From the NCBI GenBank assembly GCA_963841935.1, contig CAWJEP010000005.1:69845-133844 (forward strand): a stretch of DNA of 64,000 nucleotides, written 5' to 3'. The position numbers were made by a program, and so were the translations under genes. The notes beneath the pieces are model-generated. The model worked only from the letters and a program-made list of their open reading frames with translations. It was not told where the DNA came from and made no database searches. Below, one piece after another: positions 28,142 to 36,037 of this stretch. Origin of the DNA: an uncultured bacterium. GTDB taxonomy: Bacteria; Patescibacteriota; Minisyncoccia; Phycocordibacterales; UBA6065. How positions within the stretch are numbered: the first letter of the stretch is position 1; each line of letters starts with the position of its first letter.

Positions 28142-28212
28142 TGCGGGATCGTCTAAAGGTAGGACACGGGCCTTTGAAGCCTGGTATCTTGGTTCGATTC
28201 CAAGTCCCGCAG
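28142..28212 (+). tRNA. tRNA-Gln (anticodon TTG)
   Basis: TGCGGGATCGTCTAAAGGTAGGACACGGGCCTTTGAAGCCTGGTATCTTGGTTCGATTCCAAGTCCCGCA. T-loop GGTTCGATTCC. Anticodon loop CTTTGAA. Short variable arm. Boundaries are good to about 1 nt. Confidence 0.75.
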
Positions 28213-28284
28213 TAATTGACGGATTTTTAAAAGTCAGTATTGTAAGTTCAAACAGCACTTTCAATTTCAACCACAAGGAGATTT

Positions 28285-28821
28285 ATGATCAAGCTTAGAA
28301 AAGGGAATACCCGATGGGCTTTTGTGTTCTTTCGTCTCATAGTGGTCAAGGTTCCGAGTCCGCGCTTTGATTGGATTAAATGTGATTACGACAGAGGTAT
28401 TTGGACGTGCCTTTTACGGTTACCGAAGAATATCTACACAGCACTCCTCAACGGTATAGTGGCAAATGTCACAGAAGCGGGTGTGTATCTCTATACCAAA
28501 CATATATCTTTTCTTTCACCTGCGTACACAATTGCTATTGCGAATTTTCAGCGATACGAAGGCGAATTAGAGCCGACGCAGCAAGAGGTCATAGACTTTT
28601 TTGCTCGTTATGAGATAGCTTTGTATAATCCGGCTTATCGTCATAGCGCACATGCCTCTGGTTACTATAATTGGCGTAAAACAGATCGAGGGCTTGTGCT
28701 TATAGATTACGCCGTCGACCCAATGCGGGATAATTGGATAAGGATGATCCGAAGATTGGATGTTTGTATAGAAGGAGAAAAGAAGGGCATGAAACCATCT
28801 GACCTCTTCGCACCGCTTTAA
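28285..28821 (+). CDS. Hypothetical protein (weak kinase/phosphotransferase-like LVLIDYA motif)
   Basis: 178-aa ORF just 3' of tRNA-Gln. The only suggestive element is GLVLIDYAVDP, which resembles the IDxExA motif of the phosphotransferase/kinase fold. No catalytic HxD is seen. Confidence 0.3.
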   Translation: MIKLRKGNTRWAFVFFRLIVVKVPSPRFDWIKCDYDRGIWTCLLRLPKNIYTALLNGIVANVTEAGVYLYTKHISFLSPAYTIAIANFQRYEGELEPTQQEVIDFFARYEIALYNPAYRHSAHASGYYNWRKTDRGLVLIDYAVDPMRDNWIRMIRRLDVCIEGEKKGMKPSDLFAPL

Positions 28822-28920
28822 GCGGTGCTTTTTGTTAAAAAAGGTTCCCTCGGCCATGGCCTATGGGCGAAGCTAACTTCGTACCAGACCGTCAGTTTTT
28901 AGATTTGCTATTATAGTCAT

Positions 28921-29094
28921 ATGAAATCATTGAAACCCGTCGCTATTGTCGGAAACACGCTTTATATCCTCTGGATTGTTTACAACGGAGTCGACGAGGG
29001 ATTCAGAGCCGTCGGCAGTGTTCAGGCAATCGCCCTCATCGGACTCGTGCTTCTCTTGGCCCTAAACCTTTTTCTGTTGAGAAAGAGAAAGTAG
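28921..29094 (+). CDS. Small hydrophobic peptide (58 aa, two TM segments)
   Basis: Unlisted sORF: MKSLKPVAIVGNTLYILWIVYNGVDEGFRAVGSVQAIALIGLVLLLALNLFLLRKRK. Confidence 0.2.
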   Translation: MKSLKPVAIVGNTLYILWIVYNGVDEGFRAVGSVQAIALIGLVLLLALNLFLLRKRK

Positions 29095-29146
29095 TTCCGA
29101 CATCGTACCAGACCCTAGCCAAATGATGTAGAATGAAAATCTTATT

Positions 29147-29749
29147 ATGAACTACGAAACCGTAATTCTTGGAAGTTGGGTAGCGCTCGCTTTTGTGTGG
29201 GTAATCGCTTCTTTCGGCGTGAAGCGCGATATCAGAGGCGGCGGCGTTTACGGTGTGTTCTACAGATATTTAATTTTAAAAATTGTCGGCGCGGCGCTCG
29301 TGGTGTTCGTCATTGTGAAGGCCACGGCCGGAACAGACAGTTATTCCATTGCTGTCGCAAGAGTTTTTAGAAACAGCGTCTTCGTGCCGCCAACAGCGCT
29401 TGGATGGATTGCCGCGGTTTTTGTCGTGCTTGGCGTGATTTTTGCCGTCTGGGCGCGCGTCAATCTCGGTCGCAACTGGAGCTATGCTCCCGCCGTGAAA
29501 GAAAACCACGAGCTGGTGACGAGTGGACCGTATCGTTTAGTGCGCCATCCCATATACACTGGAATCATATTGGCGGCCTTAGGCACGGCGCTCTCCGGCA
29601 CTTCGTTCGGTATCGCTCTTTTTCTTATCGCTTTCTTTATGTTTTCTTTTCGCATAAAAAAAGAGGAAAAAATCATGCTTGAACTTTTTCCGAACGAATA
29701 CCTGTCGTACCAAGCGCGCACGAAACGGCTCATACCGTTTGTGTGGTAA
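29147..29749 (+). CDS. Isoprenylcysteine carboxyl methyltransferase (ICMT)/phospholipid methyltransferase family membrane protein
   Basis: Polytopic membrane protein with the C-terminal signature ELVTSGPYRLVRHPIYTGIILAALGTAL, matching the conserved ICMT/PEMT motif. Confidence 0.65.
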   Translation: MNYETVILGSWVALAFVWVIASFGVKRDIRGGGVYGVFYRYLILKIVGAALVVFVIVKATAGTDSYSIAVARVFRNSVFVPPTALGWIAAVFVVLGVIFAVWARVNLGRNWSYAPAVKENHELVTSGPYRLVRHPIYTGIILAALGTALSGTSFGIALFLIAFFMFSFRIKKEEKIMLELFPNEYLSYQARTKRLIPFVW

Positions 29750-29818
29750 ATTCCGTCACCAATCAATGGTACAATTGTCGAAAGTCCAATTTAGCCAATT
29801 AATCTCGGTCACAAAAAC

Positions 29819-29974
29819 ATGATAAGAGGAAATTTTATCGGCGCGGCGATTGTGGCGATAATATACACGGTCTATATTTTATGGAATCCTCTGCCGTCCA
29901 AATCGCAGATGGTTTTGCTACTGGTGGTTCTCAACGCTTTGACTATCGTCCTTATGGCTTTCGCCTTTAAATAA
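29819..29974 (+). CDS. Small hydrophobic peptide (51 aa, two TM segments)
   Basis: Unlisted sORF: MIRGNFIGAAIVAIIYTVYILWNPLPSKSQMVLLLVVLNALTIVLMAFAFK. Confidence 0.2.
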   Translation: MIRGNFIGAAIVAIIYTVYILWNPLPSKSQMVLLLVVLNALTIVLMAFAFK

Positions 29975-30040
29975 AAAAGCGATAGCATAGAGGTTTCATC
30001 TCTTTACCGTGTCATCATCAAAGTCTGTTAAACTTATCTC

Positions 30041-31035
30041 ATGAACCCAGATGACATCGTGCATTTCCTCCCCGCAGAGGAACTTTTTGAAAAAGCAGCC
30101 GTGGTGTTCGTTGCTCAGAAGAGAGAGCTTGAAAATGTATTGCCACCAGTTGATATTCAGCAAGTGGGAAGTTCCTCTGTGCCAGGTCTTATCGGAAAAT
30201 TCGACGTCGACATACAGATCAGAACAACGAAGGAACAGTTCAAGGATGTTGTTGCAATGATGCAGAAAAAATACGTCCCAAAACATCCAGAAATATGGGA
30301 CGATGGCTTTGCTACTTTTTGTAACAATAAAAAATATCTTATCGACTTTATGGTTACGGTTGTAGGCTCAAAATACGATGATTTTTATAAAGTACGTGAT
30401 GCGCTCATCGCTAACAAACAATTGATGAGGGAGTTTAATGAACTCAAGCGGCAGTATGAAGGAAAAACTTACGGTGAATATAAGAAGGCAAAAGTGGCGT
30501 TTCTCGGCGGGAACGGCAGAGTCAAGTTTCTGGACGACGAATATCTTGATTTGGTCGATGAAAACAACAAGGTAATCGGAAAGAAACTTCGTAGCGAAGT
30601 CTACGCGGAGCATCTTTCGAATTTTAGGGTGGTAAATACTTTTCTGATAAATTCCGAAGGAAAAATGTGGATACCCAGAAGGTCCGCCGACAAGAAAATT
30701 TTCCCTCTTTGTCTCGATATGAGCATGGGCGGGCATGTGGAAAGTGGGGAGACATACGAGCAAGCTTTCAAAAGAGAACTCAAAGAAGAATTAAATATTG
30801 ACGCCGACAGCGTTGAGTGGAAACTTGTCGTCCATCTTACTCCAAAGAAAAACGGCGTGTCGGCTTTTATGAATGTGTACGAGATACGCACGGACAAAGT
30901 TCCGAATTATAATCAAGCGATTTCATAGAGTATTTCTGGCTTTCTCCAAAAGAACTTTTCGCGAAAATAAATAAAGGAGAAAAAACGAAAGGGGATTTAC
31001 CGGTAGTGGTTGATTATCTTTACACGGAGCATTGA
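30041..31035 (+). CDS. GrpB (nucleotidyltransferase-like)-Nudix hydrolase fusion protein, interrupted by an apparent 1-nt frame change at about 30926
   Basis: The N-terminal part resembles the GrpB/UPF0157 family (QQVGSSSVPGLIGKFDVDIQI). The C-terminal part carries a Nudix box (GGHVESGETYEQAFKRELKEELNI). The ORF stops at 30928 (..NYNQAIS*). The natural Nudix C-terminus (EYFWLSPKELFAKINKGEKTKGDLPVVVDYLYTEH) continues in another frame to 31035. Confidence 0.5.
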
Positions 31036-31083
31036 CAAAATTGGTTTAAATAGCAATATAGGCAGTCTTGCTCTTTAATACCG

Positions 31084-31675
31084 GTGGTCATAGCCACAAG
31101 GTCTTGTTTATCGAGGCTTTTTGGCTATGACTACCACACTCAAAATATATTCCCAAAGGAAGCCGACGGACTTATCGCCGAGGCCATAAGACAAGACCGC
31201 GAGTTCCAGGCTCAAATCCTCCACGCCCTGCCGATGCTTTTGCCAGCTACAAAGAAAAGATTGATTGAAAATCCCAAACGGTCTAAAAGTTTTCTCATCC
31301 GGCCTAGGCCGAACCGAAAACTCCCGAGACCGTCAAGGAAACTTTCTTAACGCGAGGGATCGTCAAAACGGACGGCTTTCCGCTCAAGGCGCTGATTGAC
31401 GATACGGACAATCCCATAGATGTCATAAAGGAAAACGTTGCCAAGTCCTGGGGCATCGATGTCGAGTTGTTTCGCGGTGAAACAGGGGAACGCGGAACGT
31501 ATGCGATGCTCGAATGATGGCGATGTATCTTTGCCGTAAATGCGGCATGACATCGACAGAAATAGGGCAAGCCTTTGCTCGTGATCACGCCACCGTTCTT
31601 AGCGCGGCAAAGAGCGTTTCGTGTCTTATCGAACAATCATCAAGGCACAGGGCTAAGATACGAACGAAGCATTGA
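31084..31675 (+). pseudogene. dnaA: 5'-truncated, frameshifted remnant of dnaA (C-terminal part of domain III plus domain IV)
   Basis: Three frames together give ..NIFPKEADGLIAEAIRQDREFQAQILHAL.. (compare the DnaA sensor-2 region IAKRIRSNVRELEGALNRVIA), then ..PIDVIKENVAKSWGIDVELFRGET.. (compare [27 protein letters not shown]), then ..ARMMAMYLCRKCGMTSTEIGQAFARDHATVLSAAKSVSCLIEQ (compare [42 protein letters not shown]). There is no room upstream for domains I-III and no in-frame start. Confidence 0.5.
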
Positions 31676-31813
31676 GCTAATCACCCAATGCTGCCGAAAG
31701 AGGGCCGCGGCCTGAGGATTATACAAGCTTGCGCACAGGTGCGGGCTTTTTTCTTTATTGTTTATTATAATAGGCGGGCAGTGTTTTATTCATTATAAAA
31801 AGTAATTAAAAAC

Positions 31814-32068
31814 ATGGCAGAGAAAAATTCAGCATTTATGAAACCTTTGACCGTTAGCCCGGAGCTAGCGGTTGTCGTGGGTAAGGGGCCGCTCCCTCGC
31901 TCGGAAGTCGTAAAGAAGCTTTGGGTCTATATCAAGAGCAATAATCTTCAGGACCCGAAGAACAAGAGAAACATCAACGCCGACGAAGCGCTCAAGAAAG
32001 TTTTCGGCGGTAAGTCCGTCGTCAATATGTTTGAAATGACCAAACTCGTTTCAAAGCATCTCTCATAA
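31814..32068 (+). CDS. SWIB/MDM2-domain protein
   Basis: KPLTVSPELAVVVGKGPLPRSEVVKKLWVYIKSNNLQDPKNKRNINADEALKKVFGGKSVVNMFEMTKLVSKHL is a near-consensus SWIB domain (PxLxxSxELAxIVG...RTEVVKKLWxYIKxNNLQDPxNKRxIxCDxKLKxVFG...FEMxKLLSxHL). Confidence 0.65.
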   Translation: MAEKNSAFMKPLTVSPELAVVVGKGPLPRSEVVKKLWVYIKSNNLQDPKNKRNINADEALKKVFGGKSVVNMFEMTKLVSKHLS

Positions 32069-32078
32069 CAGAAAATTA

Positions 32079-32201
32079 ATGGCAAAAAGAATCAACACGA
32101 GGATGAAAACCTCGCGCTCGAGGAAGACTGCTAAACGCGCGGCGACAAAACACGCGCGCCTACTAGCTCATCGCCTTAAAAGACCCGGGAAAACAAAATA
32201 A
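32079..32201 (+). CDS. Small basic protein (40 aa), translationally coupled to the downstream YceI-like gene
   Basis: Unlisted sORF MAKRINTRMKTSRSRKTAKRAATKHARLLAHRLKRPGKTK. Its stop overlaps the next start (TAATG). Function unknown. It is not a confident ribosomal-protein match. Confidence 0.25.
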   Translation: MAKRINTRMKTSRSRKTAKRAATKHARLLAHRLKRPGKTK

Positions 32202-32869
32202 TGAAGAAACTCGTCTGGTTCATCATTATAGTGGCGATTCTCCTCGGGATTTATTTTTACGCTTTTCGGCCGGTTGCCGCACCAAGTGAAAACATAAACG
32301 CCGCGGCGACGCCAATCACGAACGTGTCGGCAAGTTCGACCGTCTATCATATTTCCCAAAGCGGTTCGAAAGTTTCCTTTACGATAAGCGAGGTTCTTCA
32401 CGGTTCGCCGTTCGTTCCCGTCGGCACTACCGACCAAATCGCCGGAGACATTGCCGTCGCGCAAAGCGCGTCCGGCGCCCCGACTCTCGATGTCGGCACA
32501 TTGACCATAGACGCGCGGACTTTAAAAACCGATAGCCCGCAGCGCGACGGCGCAATCGGAAGATTCATCCTCAAGTCCGACCAAACGGCGAATGAATTTA
32601 TAACTTTCGCCACCACGACTACATCCGTGCCTGTGCAAAACGCAGATGGCTCGTGGGACGCGACCACGACCGGCAATCTGACTATTTCCGGCGTGACGAA
32701 ACCCGAAACATTCGTCCTGAATTTCTCAATCGCGAACGGAACTCTCGCGGGCACGGCTTCGACTACTCTTTCCCGCAAAGATTTTGGTTTGGTAATTCCA
32801 AATTTTTCTTTTCTCGCCAATGTTTCCGACACTTTCACGGTGTCCGCGACGATAACTGCCGCTCCGTAG
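32201..32869 (+). CDS. YceI-like domain protein (signal-anchored)
   Basis: N-terminal signal/TM segment. VSFTISEVLHGSPFVPVGTTDQIAGDI..., IDARTLKTDSPQRDGAI and NLTISGVTKPETFVLNFS match conserved YceI-family blocks. Confidence 0.65.
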   Translation: MKKLVWFIIIVAILLGIYFYAFRPVAAPSENINAAATPITNVSASSTVYHISQSGSKVSFTISEVLHGSPFVPVGTTDQIAGDIAVAQSASGAPTLDVGTLTIDARTLKTDSPQRDGAIGRFILKSDQTANEFITFATTTTSVPVQNADGSWDATTTGNLTISGVTKPETFVLNFSIANGTLAGTASTTLSRKDFGLVIPNFSFLANVSDTFTVSATITAAP

Positions 32870-32922
32870 GAAAAAATCCGCGATTTTGACTCTTTTTTTG
32901 CTTTCTGTTAGGATACGAACCT

Positions 32923-33285
32923 ATGTTAAAGATTCGCCTTCAGCGAGTTGGAAGGAAAAACATCCGGACTTTCCGGGTTGTTTTGACTGACTCGAAAAAT
33001 TCCACCAAAAGCGGCAAATTCCACGAGATACTCGGCACCTACGACCTCGAGAACGACAAGAAAGAAATCGCCGCCGACCGCGTGAAATACTGGATTTCAA
33101 AAGGCGCGAAGACCTCAGACACCCTTCACAACTTCCTCGTTGACAAAAAAATCATTGCCGGCAAGAAAATAAACGCTTTACCGCGCCGCACGCCGATAAA
33201 GAAGGAAGAAGTCAAAAAAGAAGGCGAAGCGGCTCCAGCCGCCGCCTCGGCTCCGGAAGCCGCGCCTGTTGCTCCTGCCGCCTAG
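32923..33285 (+). CDS. rpsP: Ribosomal protein S16 (with Ala/Pro-rich C-terminal extension)
   Basis: MLKIRLQRVGRKNIRTFRVVLTDSKNSTKSGKFHEILGTYD...RVKYWISKGAKTSDTL is canonical S16. First gene of the rpsP-KH-trmD operon. Confidence 0.85.
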   Translation: MLKIRLQRVGRKNIRTFRVVLTDSKNSTKSGKFHEILGTYDLENDKKEIAADRVKYWISKGAKTSDTLHNFLVDKKIIAGKKINALPRRTPIKKEEVKKEGEAAPAAASAPEAAPVAPAA

Positions 33286-33336
33286 TTTGGTAATATTAGG
33301 GTGACCTGCTTCGATTTATTTCCTAACAACACAAAT

Positions 33337-33648
33337 ATGATGGAAAAGGACGCACAATTCTTGGATACCCTTATCAAAGCTCTAGTCGACTACCCGAACG
33401 ACGTAAAGATAAAAAGAACCGTGGACGAAATGGGCGTGCTTTTGACTCTCGACGTCAACGCCGCCGACATGGGCAAAATCATCGGCCGCGAAGGCAATAC
33501 GGCAAAATCGATTAGAACTTTGCTTCGCATCGTCGGAATGAAAAACAATTCCCGCGTGAATTTGAAGATTAACGAACCGGTCGGCGGTGTGCCGAAAGAG
33601 CGCGTGACGAAGACGGCCGACGAAGCCATCGACGACCTCAAGCTCTAG
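33337..33648 (+). CDS. KH-domain RNA-binding protein (YlqC-like)
   Basis: GxxG KH motif IIGREGNTAKSIRTLLRIVG. It sits between rpsP and trmD as in Firmicutes operons. Start at ATG 33337. Confidence 0.65.
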   Translation: MMEKDAQFLDTLIKALVDYPNDVKIKRTVDEMGVLLTLDVNAADMGKIIGREGNTAKSIRTLLRIVGMKNNSRVNLKINEPVGGVPKERVTKTADEAIDDLKL

Positions 33649-34319
33649 TGACTTTTCACATCATCACTCTATTTCCCGAAATGTTCGATTCGTATTTGAG
33701 CGAATCCATTTTGGCGCGAGCGAGAAAAGCTGGGAAGATAGACTTCAAATTTTATAATCCGCGAAACTACGCCGAAATTAAAAATAAGCGAGCGGAAAAA
33801 CCGTATCGCCACATCGACGATAAGCCGTACGGCGGTGGTCCCGGAATGGTGATGAAACCCGAACCGGTAATCAAAGCGATTGAAATCGCGCTTAAAAAAA
33901 TAAAAAGCAAAAAGACGAAAATAATTTTCTTTTCTCCGGCAGGGAAGCAGTTCGACACTTCCTACGCCAAAAGCGCGGCGAAGAAATTTACCGATATCAT
34001 TTTTATTTGCGGACGATACGAAGGAATCGACGCGCGGGTGAAAAAAATATTCAAAGCCGAAGAGATTTCCGTCGGCCCCTATGTTTTGACCGGCGGGGAA
34101 TTGCCGGCGATGATTATGATCGATTCCATCGCTCGGCAGGTCAAAGGAGTGCTTGGGGATTTTGCTTCGCTTGAAGAGTCGCGCGTTTCAAGTTCGGAAG
34201 TTTATACTCGACCGGAAACTATTTCATATAAAGGAAAGAAATATTCCGTGCCGAAAATACTTCTCTCTGGACACCACAAAAAAATTGATGAGTGGAAAAA
34301 CAAACGAAAAAAGGAATGA
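33648..34319 (+). CDS. trmD: tRNA (guanine37-N1)-methyltransferase
   Basis: MTFHIITLFPEMFDSYLSESILARARKAG...DDKPYGGGPGMVMKPEP and CGRYEGIDARV match conserved TrmD SPOUT motifs. Confidence 0.9.
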   Translation: MTFHIITLFPEMFDSYLSESILARARKAGKIDFKFYNPRNYAEIKNKRAEKPYRHIDDKPYGGGPGMVMKPEPVIKAIEIALKKIKSKKTKIIFFSPAGKQFDTSYAKSAAKKFTDIIFICGRYEGIDARVKKIFKAEEISVGPYVLTGGELPAMIMIDSIARQVKGVLGDFASLEESRVSSSEVYTRPETISYKGKKYSVPKILLSGHHKKIDEWKNKRKKE

Positions 34320-34426
34320 AACTTTGTCGCCGCGCGGTTCGTTATATAAAACGACAGGGTCGAGTTATAATGGGGTAGCCGAGGGAGCTTGAAATCGGGA
34401 AACCGAGGGACGGCTCTCTTTTACCG

Positions 34427-34969
34427 ATGACCGACGAAGAAATATTTTCAAAATCATTTGCCGAACCGAAACTTTTCGAAATCATCGTGGAGAGATACGA
34501 GGAGGCTTTTTTGCGCAAAGCCCGAACGATTGTCCGAAGCGACGAACTCGCCAAAGACATCGTCCAAGACGCTTTCGTCAAAATGTATCTTTACGGCAAG
34601 AAATATAAGCCTCAAGAAGGCGCGCGCTGGAGCTCTTGGGCCTACAAAATTTTGATAAACACCTGTTTCGCTTATCATCAGAAATTGAAGAGAGATAATC
34701 AATTTTCCACGGCTTTCACCGAGGAGCTCGAAGCCGTGACGCCTGACGAGTCCGAGCACGAAACCCACAAAAATGACAGGGAATATGTGCTTTCGCTCAT
34801 AGACAGATTGCCGGAAACTTTCGCCAAGATTCTTAGATTATATGTGATAGACGGCAAGGATTACGCTTCCATAGCGGAAGCCGAGAACATAACGGTCGGG
34901 GCGGTCAAGACCAGAATGCATCGCGCAAAGGCCGCGCTTAAAGAAGAAGCGGCGAAAATAACATATTAA
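34427..34969 (+). CDS. RNA polymerase sigma factor, sigma-70 family (ECF-like, regions 2 and 4)
   Basis: Region 2 (ELAKDIVQDAFVKMYLYGKKY). Region 4 HTH (YASIAEAENITVGAVKTRMHRAKAALKEE). 180 aa. Confidence 0.7.
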   Translation: MTDEEIFSKSFAEPKLFEIIVERYEEAFLRKARTIVRSDELAKDIVQDAFVKMYLYGKKYKPQEGARWSSWAYKILINTCFAYHQKLKRDNQFSTAFTEELEAVTPDESEHETHKNDREYVLSLIDRLPETFAKILRLYVIDGKDYASIAEAENITVGAVKTRMHRAKAALKEEAAKITY

Positions 34970-34972
34970 ATT

Positions 34973-35308
34973 ATGACAACCATTTCAAACAATGTGCAGA
35001 AAAAAGTTAAGGTGATTTTCTGGGCGCGCCGCCTCTCATCGCGGCGCGCCCTGGAATGTTATGTGCTTTTTGTTTCCACGGTCGGACTTTTTTCTTTCGT
35101 CTCCGTGCCGCATGTCATAGCCAATATGCCTTCCGTCACCGACATATTCTCCGTGGCGAATTTCATGCTCATCGCCGCCGTTCATACGCATACGGCGGTG
35201 CAGTTTATTCTCGGACTGATGATTCTTTCCATCGCTCTCATGGCTTTTGATTTCGTCCGGCAATCAGTCTTTCATCGCGCTCGTTTCGAACGAGTTTCAC
35301 TTTCCTAA
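34973..35308 (+). CDS. Membrane protein downstream of sigma factor (possible anti-sigma partner)
   Basis: 111 aa with two or three TM helices, 3 nt after the sigma factor stop. Function inferred only from position. Confidence 0.3.
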   Translation: MTTISNNVQKKVKVIFWARRLSSRRALECYVLFVSTVGLFSFVSVPHVIANMPSVTDIFSVANFMLIAAVHTHTAVQFILGLMILSIALMAFDFVRQSVFHRARFERVSLS

Positions 35309-35848
35309 ATGTTTCGAAAAATTTTTCTCGCCTGGCTGCCGCTCGCTTGTTTTACCACGCTTTTCGCTTTGCTCGCTTATGCCGTGGTCCAACAAGACGT
35401 AAGACAATCGGCAAACGATCCTCAGATAGAAATGGCGGAAGATGGAGTAAGTCCGCAATCTCTGTCGCAAATAGACATTTCGAAAAGTTTGGCGGCTTTC
35501 GTGATCGTTTTTGACGATAATGGAGAACCAATAGCGTCTTCCGGCACTTTAGAAGGCACGGTTCCTATTCCTCCCGCTGGAGTTTTTGATTATGTGAGAA
35601 CTTCTGGCGGCGGTAACCTCCGTCCGACCGATGTATCCGGCGAAGACAGGTTTACATGGCAACCTGAGCCGAGCGTGCGGATTGCCGCGGTAGTCGCCAA
35701 GACCGATACGGGATTTATTTTGGCGGGCCGCAATATGCGTGAAATCGAAAGCAGGGAAGAACACATCCTCTTTATTACTTTTCTTGCGTGGCTTTTTGGA
35801 ATCGTCGGATTTTTTATCCTTGAAGCGTTTGTTATTGCCGCCGCTTGA
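35309..35848 (+). CDS. Membrane protein with periplasmic domain (hypothetical)
   Basis: N-terminal and C-terminal TM helices flank a soluble domain. It is contiguous with the sigma factor operon. Confidence 0.3.
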   Translation: MFRKIFLAWLPLACFTTLFALLAYAVVQQDVRQSANDPQIEMAEDGVSPQSLSQIDISKSLAAFVIVFDDNGEPIASSGTLEGTVPIPPAGVFDYVRTSGGGNLRPTDVSGEDRFTWQPEPSVRIAAVVAKTDTGFILAGRNMREIESREEHILFITFLAWLFGIVGFFILEAFVIAAA

Positions 35849-36037
35849 CGATTTTTCGCCGTCGTGTATACTCTTATCCAACTTCACTCTTGATTGAGTA
35901 CCTGGGGAAATGAAGGATTATTCGGGGAAAATAGTCCATTTATTCACATTTAAATAAATTATCAGATTAAAAAGGCGGCTTTCGTTTTCGAAAGTTGTTT
36001 TTCCGTCTGTTTTTATTTTTTTATAAAAAACATCAAT

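Noticed and set aside
31304-31636. 110-aa and 68-aa minus-strand ORFs across the dnaA remnant
   Set aside because: The plus-strand frames here give clear DnaA domain III/IV similarity. The minus-strand ORFs have no features and overlap it, so they are spurious.
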